Origin: an uncultured Actinomycetota bacterium
Lineage (GTDB): Bacteria > Actinomycetota > Actinomycetes > Propionibacteriales > Nocardioidaceae
DNA: 64,000 bases
Assembly: GCA_963817425.1 (NCBI GenBank)
Contig: CAWFOH010000010.1
Span: forward strand, 3,105 to 67,104
Direction: 5' to 3'
Numbering within the stretch: position 1 is the first letter of the stretch; every line of letters begins with the position of its first letter. The position numbers and the translations under genes are program-made. The notes below the pieces were generated by a model, which searched no databases, was not told the origin of the DNA, and saw only the letters and a list, made by a program, of their open reading frames with translations. Positions 50,714 to 60,494 of the stretch are shown here, one piece after another.

Positions 50714-50963
50714 CATCACGCTCGACGACTGGGTCGTCACGGTCGCTGCCGAGCTCGGCATCAAGGAGCTCGACCTCGACACCGAGTCGGTGCTCGACCT
50801 CGCGGCCGTCGCCGCCCACGCCGTCGTACGTCCGGCCGCGCCTCTCACGACGTTCCTTGCGGGCCTTGCCGCCGGCATGGCGGGTGGCTCCGAGTCGGAC
50901 CTGCGCGACGCGATCGAGACGGCCACGGCCTTGTGCGAACGGGTCGAGGAGGCCGACGAATAG
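50706..50963 (+). CDS. Small MobA-associated protein (DUF6457-like)
   Basis: VLDLA..AAHAVVRPAAPLTTFLAG. Confidence 0.75.
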   Translation: MADITLDDWVVTVAAELGIKELDLDTESVLDLAAVAAHAVVRPAAPLTTFLAGLAAGMAGGSESDLRDAIETATALCERVEEADE

Positions 50964-51791
50964 ATGGCCGGCCGGCTGACGAGGCGTACCAAGGTCACCC
51001 GGTTCACTCCGGACGGACCCGTCACGGTCCGCGAGGACGCGCTCGCGGTCGAGGAGCCTCTGGAGATCCGCGTCGGTGGCACCTCGCTGTCGGTGACGAT
51101 GCGCTCGCCCGGTGACGACTTCGACCTGGTCGCGGGCTTCCTGGTGTCTGAGGGAGTCATCTGGTCGGCCGACCAGCTCGTCTCGATGCGGTTCTGCGCC
51201 GGCACCGACGACAACGGCCTGCAGACGTTCAATGTCATCGACGCCGAGCTGAGCGCTGACACGCCACCGCTCGACGTCTCGCTGGAGCGCCACGTCTACA
51301 CGTCGAGCTCGTGCGGCATCTGCGGGACCGCCTCGATCGACGCCGTGCACAAGGCCGCTCACTTCGGCCGGCTCGACGACGACACGAGCTGGGACCAGGT
51401 GCTCGTGGGATCGCTGCCCGACCGGTTGCGGGAGGGCCAGAAGGTCTTCGACCGCACCGGGGGAGTGCACGCCGCCGGTCTGTTCGACGCGTCCGGCGAG
51501 CTGCTCTGCCTGCGGGAGGACGTCGGCCGGCACAACGCCGTCGACAAGGTCGTCGGCTGGGCACTGCGGGAGGGCCGGCTGCCGTTGACCGGCACCGCAC
51601 TCCAGGTCTCGGGCCGCGCATCGTTCGAGCTCGTGCAGAAGGCGCACATGGCTGGCATCCCGGTGCTCGCTGCGGTGTCGGCGCCGTCCTCGCTCGCCGT
51701 GGAGCACGCCGAGTCCGCCGGCCTGACGCTGGTCGGCTTCAGCCGGAGCGGCGGCTTCAACGCGTACGCCGGAGCGCACCGCATCTCCTGA
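50964..51791 (+). CDS. fdhD: Formate dehydrogenase accessory sulfurtransferase
   Basis: EEPLEI, SSCGICG, TGGVHAA, EDVGRHNAVDK. Confidence 0.95.
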   Translation: MAGRLTRRTKVTRFTPDGPVTVREDALAVEEPLEIRVGGTSLSVTMRSPGDDFDLVAGFLVSEGVIWSADQLVSMRFCAGTDDNGLQTFNVIDAELSADTPPLDVSLERHVYTSSSCGICGTASIDAVHKAAHFGRLDDDTSWDQVLVGSLPDRLREGQKVFDRTGGVHAAGLFDASGELLCLREDVGRHNAVDKVVGWALREGRLPLTGTALQVSGRASFELVQKAHMAGIPVLAAVSAPSSLAVEHAESAGLTLVGFSRSGGFNAYAGAHRIS

Positions 51792-51858
51792 CCGACGACA
51801 CGCCGGTGGCGTCTTGTGTCACGCACGCTAGTGCGTATTGCGTGGTACTGTCCCATCC

Positions 51859-52200
51859 ATGGATGCAACCCAGCTGCTCAAGGGAGTCCTCGACGTCGCG
51901 GTCCTCGCGGTCGTCGAGGACGAGGACGGATATGGCTATGACGTCGTGCGCAGGCTGCGCGCCGCTGGCCTCGAGGAAGTCGGAGATGCCTCCGTCTACG
52001 GAACGCTGCGCCGGCTCTACACCGCCGGCGCCCTTACGTCGTACGTCGTGCCGTCCGAGGAAGGGCCGCATCGCAAGTACTACGGCATCAACGCCCAGGG
52101 GAGGGCCATGCTCGATCTCCAGCGCAAGGTATGGACCGAGTTCTCCACGACCATGAACCACCTGCTCACCAGTTCGTCCCAGCCAGGGGAGGCAGCATGA
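51859..52200 (+). CDS. PadR-family regulator
   Basis: QLLKGVL, YGY, SVYGTLRRL, RKYY. Confidence 0.92.
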   Translation: MDATQLLKGVLDVAVLAVVEDEDGYGYDVVRRLRAAGLEEVGDASVYGTLRRLYTAGALTSYVVPSEEGPHRKYYGINAQGRAMLDLQRKVWTEFSTTMNHLLTSSSQPGEAA

Positions 52201-53190
52201 CCACGTCCACCGTCACGCCCGAGATCGTCGAGTTCGCTCAGGGCGTCCGCGCCGCGCTTGCCGACCTGCCCGCCGAGGAGGTCGACGACCTGACCGAGGG
52301 GCTCGAGGCCGACCTCGCCGAGGCATACGCCGAAGACCTGCAGCGTGAGCTGCCCGACCCTGCGGCATACGCGACCGAGCTGCGCGCGGCGGCGGGTCTG
52401 CCGCAACGCGTGAAGGGTCCCAGGAGCGGTGTCTTCGCGGGCCTCTCGGCGGGGTGGAAGGACACGCGCGCTGATCTCAAGGTCGCGATCCGCCGCAACC
52501 CGGTGCTCGCGAGTGCCGCCGACTTCCTCGTCTCGCTGCGTCCGGTCTGGTGGATCACGCGTGCTTGGCTGGCGGCGTGGCTTGTCGCGGCGTTCTTCGG
52601 CAACGAGCGTGGCTATGGCATGGCCGGCACGTGGTGGCTCGTGTTCGCGGCGTTCGTCGTCGTCAGCGTGCAGTGGGGCCGCGGGCGTTGGCACGGGAAC
52701 GGCGTGCCAACTCTGATCGCGATCGGCAATGTCATCGCGGTGGTGGCGCTTCCTTCCGGTCATGGCGGCAGCGGACGACGGTGGGAACGGTGACTACGGC
52801 TCCGGCTACGAGGACGGCGTCGCTGGAGCGATGAACGACCCGGCCGAATTGGTCCTCCACGGCCAGCCGGTGACGAACATCTTTGCGTACGGCGCCGACG
52901 GCAAGCTGCTGCAGAACGTCCAGTTGTTCGACCAGGACGGCAAGCCGCTGACGGCGGTCTCAGCGGAGCCAGAAGGCGATGCATGCGCGAACGAGGACTG
53001 CACGAGCATCGTGCGCCCGCGTCGGCTTGAGACCGGGCAGTCGGTGTTCAATGTGTTCCCGCTGGCGAACGTGCCCACCGACCAGAACTCGGCGCCGGCG
53101 CCGGGAGCAGTTGCCGTCACACCCGACGCGCCGTTCGTCAAGGTTCCCGCCGTGGAGGTGCCGAAAGAAGTTGCCAAGTCCAACGAGTGA
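52197..53190 (+). CDS. PadR-associated membrane protein (HAAS/DUF1700-like N-terminus), frameshift near 52750
   Basis: VRAALADLP..EVDDL..GL, P..YATELR, TM segments, VTNIFAY...QLFDQDG in second frame. Confidence 0.7.
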
Positions 53191-53273
53191 CGCGGGATCA
53201 AACCGGTTGTCTGCAACGTTGGATAGGGTGAAGGACAACGACTCCATCTCGGAGCCATCCCACGGAGGGAATC

Positions 53274-54120
53274 ATGAAGAGCAGCAATCCCGTCTTCGCC
53301 CGCAGCGCCGAGTTCAACGGCCGCGGCGGCGCAGTCGCCAACGACCCGTCCCAGTGGCAGGTTGACCTGAGCGGAAACCCCACGCACACCGAGCGCGGCA
53401 CCGGCACCGGCCGGATGACGATCGACTCGGTCGTCGAGAAGACCGGCATCACGCTCGGTCCTGCTTGCGCTGGCGGCGCCGTCACCTGGTTCGTCATCGG
53501 TGACCTCAACGACGCTGACGTCTCCAAGCGAGCCGCGCAAGGCACCGCTACGGCTGGCGATGGGCGGTGCGCTCATCGGCTTCGTGCTGGCGATGGTCAA
53601 CTCGTTCAAGAAGGTCATCAGCCCGGCCGCTGGTGCTGGCCTACGCCGTGGTCGAAGGTGTCTTCATCGGCGCCTTCTCCAAGATCATCGCGACTTGCGT
53701 CGGCGATCCGAGCGATCGTGTTCCAGGCCGTGCTCGGCACCGTCATCGCGTTCTTCGGCACGCTTGGCTGCCTACAAGTTCTTCAACATCCAGGTGACCG
53801 CGCAAGTTCCGCAAGGTCGTCACGATCGCGATGTTCAGCGTTCGTCGGCGTACTGCTGGTCAACTGCTGCTGAGCGTCACTGGCGTCGTCGAGAGCGGCG
53901 GCCTGCGAGGGTTCAACACGCTGGGCCTCCTGGTCTCGTGCGCCGCTCGTCGTGCTCGCCGTGTTCATGCTGATCATGGACTTCGACTACGTCGAGCAGG
54001 GCGTCGCGGCCGGCACTCCCGGAGCGCGAGTCCTGGCGTGCGGCGTTCGGTCTCACGGTCACCCTGGTGTGGCTCTACATCGAGATCCTGCGCATCCTCG
54101 CGATCCTGCGTGGCGACTGA
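53274..54120 (+). CDS. Bax inhibitor-1/YccA-family membrane protein (multiple frameshifts)
   Basis: SSNPVF, MTIDSVV.KT, YAVVEG.FIG, DFDYVEQGV, LVWLYIEILR across frames. Confidence 0.8.
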
Positions 54121-54138
54121 CCTCCGGCGCTAGACACA

Positions 54139-54171
54139 CGAACGGCCGGTCCCTCCGGGGTCGGCCGTTCG
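54139..54171. terminator. Hairpin after yccA-like gene
   Basis: CGAACGGCCG...CGGCCGTTCG stem. Confidence 0.65.
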
Positions 54172-54253
54172 TCGTTGGTGGGATGGCACGGATCTTCATG
54201 CGTTTGCGTCTTTAGAGCAGCGCAAACTCAGGGAGATTCGGTCGCGACCAGGG

Positions 54254-55179
54254 TCAGGAGGCGCGGCGGCGGCGGAGCACCGAGGCGAAGCGGCCGCCGG
54301 GACCCGCATCCGGCGCGACCTGGGTGCCGGGGTTGTCGACCGACACGGCGGCCGCGTCCGCGACCGACACGAGATCGCGCGCGTGTCCGGCATAGGCGTA
54401 TTCGGTCTGCTTCTGTCGCAGCGACGCCGAGATGGCCGGGATCAGCACCGACACCATGTTGGCGTAGCCGGTCTCCGACGGGTGGAAGTGATCGGCGCCG
54501 AACATGACGTCGCGCTTCTCGGCGAACATCGTGCCCAGCAGGTCGCCGAGCGAGACCGCCCGGCCGCCGGACTCGACGACCGCGATCGTCTGCTTGCGAG
54601 CGAGGCGCGGCTCAGGCGTCGGGCGACGGTGCGCAGGGGCTGGTGGATCGGCTGGACGGTGCCGAGATCAGGACACGTGCCGACGATGACATCGCAGCCA
54701 TCGGCCTCGAGCCTGCGGACGACCATGCTGAGCAGTCGGGCCGAGGCTCGGGGTGTGACCCGGTGCGTCACGTCGTTGGTGCCGACGACGATGACCGCGA
54801 CGTCGGGGTGCCAGTCGGGATCGAGGTCGATCTGCGCCATGAGCTCCGAGGTCTGCGCGCCGACGACGGCGCGGCACTGGACCTCGACCGGCGCGTCCAT
54901 GACGTGGGCGAGCCCGACACCGATCATCGCCGACGGTGTGGCGTCGGCGCGCTTCACGCCGTAGCCGACGGCGGCCGAGTCGCCCAGGACGAGGACGCGA
55001 ATCGTACGACCTGGCAGGTCGTCGCCGTAGATGCCGTCAGGCGACGGCGGCCGCTCGTCGGTCGTGCCGATCGCGCGGCGGGCGAGGATCGCCTCACCGA
55101 CCAGAAATCCGTAGAACCCCGAGAGAGTGGCACTGCCGCCGATCAACGTGGCGGCAGCGATACGACGGGGGCGAGGCAC
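54254..55179 (-). CDS. SGNH/GDSL hydrolase (frameshift near 54605)
   Basis: LGDSAAVG, GTND, DHFHPS in second frame. Confidence 0.85.
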
Positions 55180-55258
55180 GCTGTCATTTTACGTCGCCCA
55201 GATGACGGAAACACGCGAAACAGCCGGTCAGCGGTGTGGCCTTGCTTGCGCTTAGGGT

Positions 55259-55951
55259 GTGATCGTGCACGAATTCGTCCCCAACCTCCGAGATGTGGGT
55301 GGGGTGGAGACGGCGGACGGCCGCACGGTCCTCAAAGGCCGCGTGCTGCGCAGTGCGATGCCGTCCCACAAGGACCACGCGCCGGACGGGATCGTCTGGC
55401 CGCCGGCGGTCGTGATCGACCTGCGGTCGGCCAACGAGTCGGAAGACATCCACCCGCTCGCCCGATCCGGGGCACGCATCATCAACCTGCCGCTGCTCAG
55501 CTCGTTGCGCCCCGGCACGGCACCGGTCGAGAGCCTGGCGGGTCTCTACCTCCTGCTGCTCGACCATGCGTCGATGTACCTCGTGGAGCTCGTACGCGAG
55601 GTGGGCACGGCCCGCGGCGCGACGCTGATCCATTGCGCCGCGGGCAAGGATCGCACTGGTGTGTCGATCGCCCTGCTGCTTCGACTCGTCGGGGTCTCCC
55701 GCGAAGACGTCGTCGCCGACTTCCTCGAGACCCAGCACGCCGAGCAAGCCATCGCCTCGCGGCTTCGCAAGATGCCCGGCCGGCATCACCGGGCCACGCT
55801 GCCGCCAGAGTTCCTGGCGTTGCCCGTCGAAGCGATCGAGGGCGTGCTCGACGTGTGGGACGCGCACGATGGTGGCGTGCACGGTTGGTTCGTCGGCATA
55901 GGCGGCAATGACGACTTGATCGAGCAGCTCCGAAGTACGCTTCTCACATGA
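55259..55951 (+). CDS. Tyrosine-protein phosphatase (Y_phosphatase3-like)
   Basis: NLRDVGG, VIDLRS, HCAAGKDRTG. Confidence 0.9.
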   Translation: MIVHEFVPNLRDVGGVETADGRTVLKGRVLRSAMPSHKDHAPDGIVWPPAVVIDLRSANESEDIHPLARSGARIINLPLLSSLRPGTAPVESLAGLYLLLLDHASMYLVELVREVGTARGATLIHCAAGKDRTGVSIALLLRLVGVSREDVVADFLETQHAEQAIASRLRKMPGRHHRATLPPEFLALPVEAIEGVLDVWDAHDGGVHGWFVGIGGNDDLIEQLRSTLLT

Positions 55952-56850
55952 CCTCGCTCGACCTCTCACTGGATGCGCGGGAGGTCCCGCTGGGCGGGGT
56001 TCGTGGCATCACTGTGCACCGCACCCTTCCCCATCGAGGACTGCCGACGGTCGGTCCTTGGTGCTTCGTCGACCACTTCGGCCCGACGACCGAGCGCATG
56101 AATGTGCTCCCACACCCCCACACCGGTCTGCAGACCGTGACGTGGCCGCTGGCCGGCGAGATCCGCCACCGCGACAATCTGGGCAGCGATGTCGTGCTCA
56201 AGCCCGGCGAGCTCAACCTCATGACGTCGGGCGACGGGGTCGCCCACTCGGAGTTCTCGGTCGGCGACGAGGACAACCCCATGCACGGCCTCCAGCTGTG
56301 GGTCGCACTGCCCAACCTTCGCCGTACCGGCGTCGCAGGCTTCGAGCATCATCCAGACCTGCCCGTCGCGGAGGGCAAGAACTGGGTGGCCAAGGTCTTG
56401 ATGGGCGAGCTCGACGGCGCCGCATCTCCGGCCACGACCTATTCGCCGATGGTCGGCGCCGAGCTGTCCGTACGACCTGGGGGAGCGGTCGTCCCTCTGC
56501 GGCCCGAGTTCGAGCACGCAGTCCTCGCCGTCGACGGCGAGGCGCTGGTCGCCGGCACCGAGATCGTGCACCGACAGATGCGATACCTCGCACCCGGCCG
56601 CGACGAGGTCGAGGTGTTCGTGCCGGCCGCGACGACGCTCCTGCTGATCGGCGGCACGCCGTTCGAGGAGGAGCTCGTGATGTGGTGGAACTTCATCGGA
56701 CGCTCACACGACGACATCGTGCAGGCGCGGCTCGACTGGGAAGCCGGCGCTGATCGGTTCGGCGTGGTGGCCGGCCACAACGGCGATCGCATCCCCGCAC
56801 CGCCGATGCCCGAGATCCGCCTCAAGCCAAGGCGCCGCACGGTCGCTTGA
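55948..56850 (+). CDS. Pirin-family protein
   Basis: DHFGP, PHPHTGLQTVT, HRD, GVAHSE, QLWV, WWNF. Confidence 0.92.
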   Translation: MTSLDLSLDAREVPLGGVRGITVHRTLPHRGLPTVGPWCFVDHFGPTTERMNVLPHPHTGLQTVTWPLAGEIRHRDNLGSDVVLKPGELNLMTSGDGVAHSEFSVGDEDNPMHGLQLWVALPNLRRTGVAGFEHHPDLPVAEGKNWVAKVLMGELDGAASPATTYSPMVGAELSVRPGGAVVPLRPEFEHAVLAVDGEALVAGTEIVHRQMRYLAPGRDEVEVFVPAATTLLLIGGTPFEEELVMWWNFIGRSHDDIVQARLDWEAGADRFGVVAGHNGDRIPAPPMPEIRLKPRRRTVA

Positions 56851-56862
56851 CCCGGTTCCGGT

Positions 56863-56893
56863 TTGACCTCAACTCCGGTTGAGGTTCTAGGTT
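56863..56893 (+). promoter_or_regulatory. MerR/SoxR-type promoter with operator
   Basis: -35 TTGACC, 19-bp spacer, -10 TAGGTT; dyad CCTCAAC-tccg-GTTGAGG at 56867-56884. Confidence 0.75.
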
Positions 56894-56946
56894 TGTCCTG
56901 CCCGAGGTGGAGACTGGGCAGGCGTACGCCGATCCAGGAGGACGAC

Positions 56947-58833
56947 ATGAGCATGGACGCCGCAGCATGGAACTCGCTGCACCGTGTGATGAACACCCAG
57001 AACGGTCCTCAGCGGCTGACCAAGGAGACGCTCAAGCGCATCGCGGGCTTCGCCGCGCCACACAAGAGGCTGCTGATTCAGTTCCTCGTGTTGAGCGTCG
57101 TGTCGGCGTGCCTCGCGGTCGCCACACCGGTGCTGGCCGGCCGGGTCGTCAACGCGATTGTCGACGGCGATTCCCGCAGCACGGTCTTCGGCATCGCCGG
57201 CCTCATCGCCCTCATTGCGGTGGCTGACGCCGCGCTCGCGATCTGGACGCGTTGGCTGTCGGCGACGATCGGCGAGGGGCTGATCCTCGATCTGCGTACG
57301 ACGGTGTTCGACCACGTGCAGCGCATGCCGATCGCATTCTTCACGCGCACTCGCACCGGTGCACTGGTGAGCCGGCTCAACAGCGATGTGCTCGGGGCTC
57401 AACGTGCCTTCAGCGGCACGCTCTCCGGCGTCGTCAGCAACGTGGTGACCCTGACGCTGACCCTCGTCGTGATGATCAGCATCTCGTGGCAGATCACCCT
57501 CGTGGCATTGATCCTGCTGCCGGTCTTCGTCGTGCCGGCCCGCCGGATGGGCAGCCGGCTCGCCGCGCTGTCGCGTGAGGCAGCCAACCACAACGCCGTC
57601 ATGAGCACCCGCATGACCGAGCGCTTCTCGGCGCCGGGCGCCACCCTCGTCAAGCTCTACGGTCGCCCCGACGAGGAGTCCGTCGAGTTCGCCGCGCGGG
57701 CCCGCCGGGTGCGTGACATCGGCGTGAAGTCCGCAATGCTCCAGTCGGTCTTCGTCACGGCGTTGACCACGGTCTCGGCCCTCGCGCTGGCCGTCGTCTA
57801 CGGTCTCGGCGGTTTCTACGCCCTCAAGGGCTCGCTCGACCCCGGTGCCGTCGTCGCTCTGGCGCTGTTGCTGACCAGGTTGTACGCCCCGCTGACCGCG
57901 CTCGCGAGCGCCCGCGTCGAGATCATGAGCGCGGTCGTCAGCTTCGAGCGCGTCTTCGAGGTGCTCGACCTGCAGCCTCTGATCCGCGAGAAGGCCGATC
58001 CTGTCCGCGTGCCGGACGGCCCGGTCTCGGTCGAGTTCTCACACGTCACGTTCGCCTATCCGTCGGCCGACAAGGTCTCGCTCGCCTCGCTCGAAGAGGT
58101 CGCGATGCTCGACAACCGCGGCGGGGTCGACGTCCTGCACGATGTGTCATTCCGCGTCGAGCCCGGTCAGATGGTGGCACTCGTCGGCACGTCTGGCGCC
58201 GGCAAGTCGACGATCGCCAGTCTGATCCCGCGCCTCTACGATGTCGACAGCGGCTCGGTGTGCCTGGGCGGAGTCGACGTGCGTGATCTCTCGATGGCAT
58301 CGCTGCGTGCCACGCTCGGCATGGCGACCCAGGACGGTCACCTGTTCCACGAGTCCGTCCGGGCCAACCTCCAGCTGGCCCGGCCGGAAGCCACCGAAGG
58401 CGAGCTGTGGGCTGCGCTCCGCGACGCCCGCCTCGACGATCTCGTGGCGTCGCTGTCTGACGGTCTCGACACGATCGTCGGTGAGCGTGGCTACCGGCTC
58501 TCCGGCGGCGAGCGCCAGCGGCTCACGATCGCCCGGCTGCTGCTGGCGCATCCGCGCGTCGTGATCCTCGACGAGGCAACCGCGCACCTCGACTCGACGT
58601 CGGAGTCCGCGGTGCAGGAGGCGCTGGCGGTCGCGCTCGCAGGGCGTACGTCCGTCGTGATCGCCCACCGGCTGTCGACCGTACGGGCAGCGGATCGCAT
58701 CCTCGTCATCGAGAGTGGTCGGGTTGTCGAGCAGGGCACGCATCACGAGCTTCTGGCGCAGGGCGGACGCTACGAGGAGCTGCACCGCACCCAGTTCGAC
58801 GCGGGCGCACTCGACCAGCCACTCCCGGGCTAA
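56947..58833 (+). CDS. ABC exporter, fused permease/ATPase
   Basis: TM domain plus GTSGAGKS, LSGGERQR, LDEATAHLD, IAHRLST. Confidence 0.93.
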   Translation: MSMDAAAWNSLHRVMNTQNGPQRLTKETLKRIAGFAAPHKRLLIQFLVLSVVSACLAVATPVLAGRVVNAIVDGDSRSTVFGIAGLIALIAVADAALAIWTRWLSATIGEGLILDLRTTVFDHVQRMPIAFFTRTRTGALVSRLNSDVLGAQRAFSGTLSGVVSNVVTLTLTLVVMISISWQITLVALILLPVFVVPARRMGSRLAALSREAANHNAVMSTRMTERFSAPGATLVKLYGRPDEESVEFAARARRVRDIGVKSAMLQSVFVTALTTVSALALAVVYGLGGFYALKGSLDPGAVVALALLLTRLYAPLTALASARVEIMSAVVSFERVFEVLDLQPLIREKADPVRVPDGPVSVEFSHVTFAYPSADKVSLASLEEVAMLDNRGGVDVLHDVSFRVEPGQMVALVGTSGAGKSTIASLIPRLYDVDSGSVCLGGVDVRDLSMASLRATLGMATQDGHLFHESVRANLQLARPEATEGELWAALRDARLDDLVASLSDGLDTIVGERGYRLSGGERQRLTIARLLLAHPRVVILDEATAHLDSTSESAVQEALAVALAGRTSVVIAHRLSTVRAADRILVIESGRVVEQGTHHELLAQGGRYEELHRTQFDAGALDQPLPG

Positions 58834-58893
58834 CGGCGTTATCTGGTAGCCTCCCTTTCAGATACCCACAGTATCTGGAACCGAGAGGACGTC

Positions 58894-59712
58894 ATGACCC
58901 ACTTCACTGACAAGGTCGCCGTCGTGACCGGCGCAGGTTCCGGCATCGGCCGGGCGCTGTCCGTCGAACTGGCCCGACGCGGCGCGAAGCTTGCGATCTC
59001 CGACGTCGACACTCGCGGCCTCGCCGAGACCGAGGCGCTCGTCAAGCAGGCCGGGGCCGACGTCATGGCTGATCATCTCGACGTCTCGCAGCGGGAGGTT
59101 GTGCTGGCATACGCCGATGACGTGATCGCCCATTTCGGCCGGGTCAACCTGGTGTTCAACAACGCCGGCATCGCGTTCACCGGTGACGTCGAGGAGATGT
59201 CGTTCAAGGACATCGACCGGGTCATGGACGTCGACTTCTGGGGCGTCGTCAACGGCACCAAGGCGTTCCTGCCGCACCTCGTCGCCTCGGGCGACGGCCA
59301 CGTCGTCAACATCTCGAGCATCTTCGGCCTGTTCTCGGTGCCGACCCAGAGCGCCTACAACGCCGCGAAGTTCGCGGTGCGCGGATTCACCGAGTCACTG
59401 CGTCAGGAGATGGCGCTCAACAAGCGCCCGGTCAAGGTCACCTGCGTGCATCCTGGCGGCATCAAGACCAACATCGCCCGCAACGGTGAGCAGGTCGAGG
59501 GTCGCGACCACGACAAGCTGGCGAGCTCGTTCGACAAGATGGCCCGCACCTCTCCCGAGAAGGCGGCCAACGTCATCCTCAAGGGCGTCGAGAACAACAA
59601 GGCGCGCGTGCTGATCGGTGCCGACGCGTGGGTGCTCGACAAGTTCGTACGCCTGACCGGCTCCGGCTACCAGCGCGCCATCACGGCGTTCAGCAAGCGC
59701 AGCGGGCTCTAG
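58894..59712 (+). CDS. Short-chain dehydrogenase/reductase
   Basis: TGAGSGIG, NNAG, YNAAK. Confidence 0.92.
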   Translation: MTHFTDKVAVVTGAGSGIGRALSVELARRGAKLAISDVDTRGLAETEALVKQAGADVMADHLDVSQREVVLAYADDVIAHFGRVNLVFNNAGIAFTGDVEEMSFKDIDRVMDVDFWGVVNGTKAFLPHLVASGDGHVVNISSIFGLFSVPTQSAYNAAKFAVRGFTESLRQEMALNKRPVKVTCVHPGGIKTNIARNGEQVEGRDHDKLASSFDKMARTSPEKAANVILKGVENNKARVLIGADAWVLDKFVRLTGSGYQRAITAFSKRSGL

Positions 59713-59805
59713 CCAAGCGAAGTGGGTGCGACGCCGAGTCGGTCGAGCAGCTCCTTGGCCTTCGTGACACGCCGGCCGTGTCGGCGTTGTGCCGGCATAC
59801 CCGGG

Positions 59806-60420
59806 TCAGGCCAGGTCGGCGAGAGCTGAGGGGCGCGAGCCCTCCGGCAGGGCGAGCAGCGTGCCGACAAGTGCCTGCGCGCACAGGTCACGGACCTCGT
59901 CGCGGCTGGTCTCCGTGGAGTCGAGCCATTGGTGGCAGGCGTTGCGCATGAAGTGCAGCCAGCTGCGTACGGCGATCTGCATGAGCTCGGACGGCTGACC
60001 GGCAGGCTCGACGCCTGCGGTGATGCGCTCCTGCTGGCGCTGCATGTCGTCCTCGACGATCGCCTGGATCTCCGGATCGGCCGATGCCGCGCCGTGGAAG
60101 ATCGCCTTGACGCCCATCTTGTGGTCCTGGCAGTAGTCGAGGTACGTCTCGATGCCGTGGCGCAGCCGGTCGAGGATCGGCAGTGATTCGTCGGGGTCGG
60201 TGAGCTCCATCATCAGGGCCGACTCGCGCCGGACCATCGCGGCGAAGAACGCCCGCTTGGTCGGGAAGTAGTGATAGAGCAGGCCGCGCGAGACCCCGGC
60301 GACCTCCGAGAGCTCCTCGATGTGGACGTCTTCGTAGGACCGGTCGGCAAACAGCTCGGCGCCGAGCTCGAGCAGCTGGTCCTGTCGAGCCTCTCGACTC
60401 ATCCTCGTGCGAGTTGCCAT
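59806..60420 (-). CDS. TetR-family regulator
   Basis: AGVSRGLLYHYFPTK HTH; divergent from P450. Confidence 0.92.
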   Translation of the reverse strand: MATRTRMSREARQDQLLELGAELFADRSYEDVHIEELSEVAGVSRGLLYHYFPTKRAFFAAMVRRESALMMELTDPDESLPILDRLRHGIETYLDYCQDHKMGVKAIFHGAASADPEIQAIVEDDMQRQQERITAGVEPAGQPSELMQIAVRSWLHFMRNACHQWLDSTETSRDEVRDLCAQALVGTLLALPEGSRPSALADLA

Positions 60421-60494
60421 GCGCCACAGACTACTTGACATGGATTCAACAGGGGTTAGGCTGACGTTATTGAATTGTCGTCCAATAGGAGGCC

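Noticed and set aside
53274-54120. Programmed frameshifting or phase variation in yccA and other split genes
   Set aside because: No slippery heptamers or long repeat tracts seen; scattered indels fit sequencing error.
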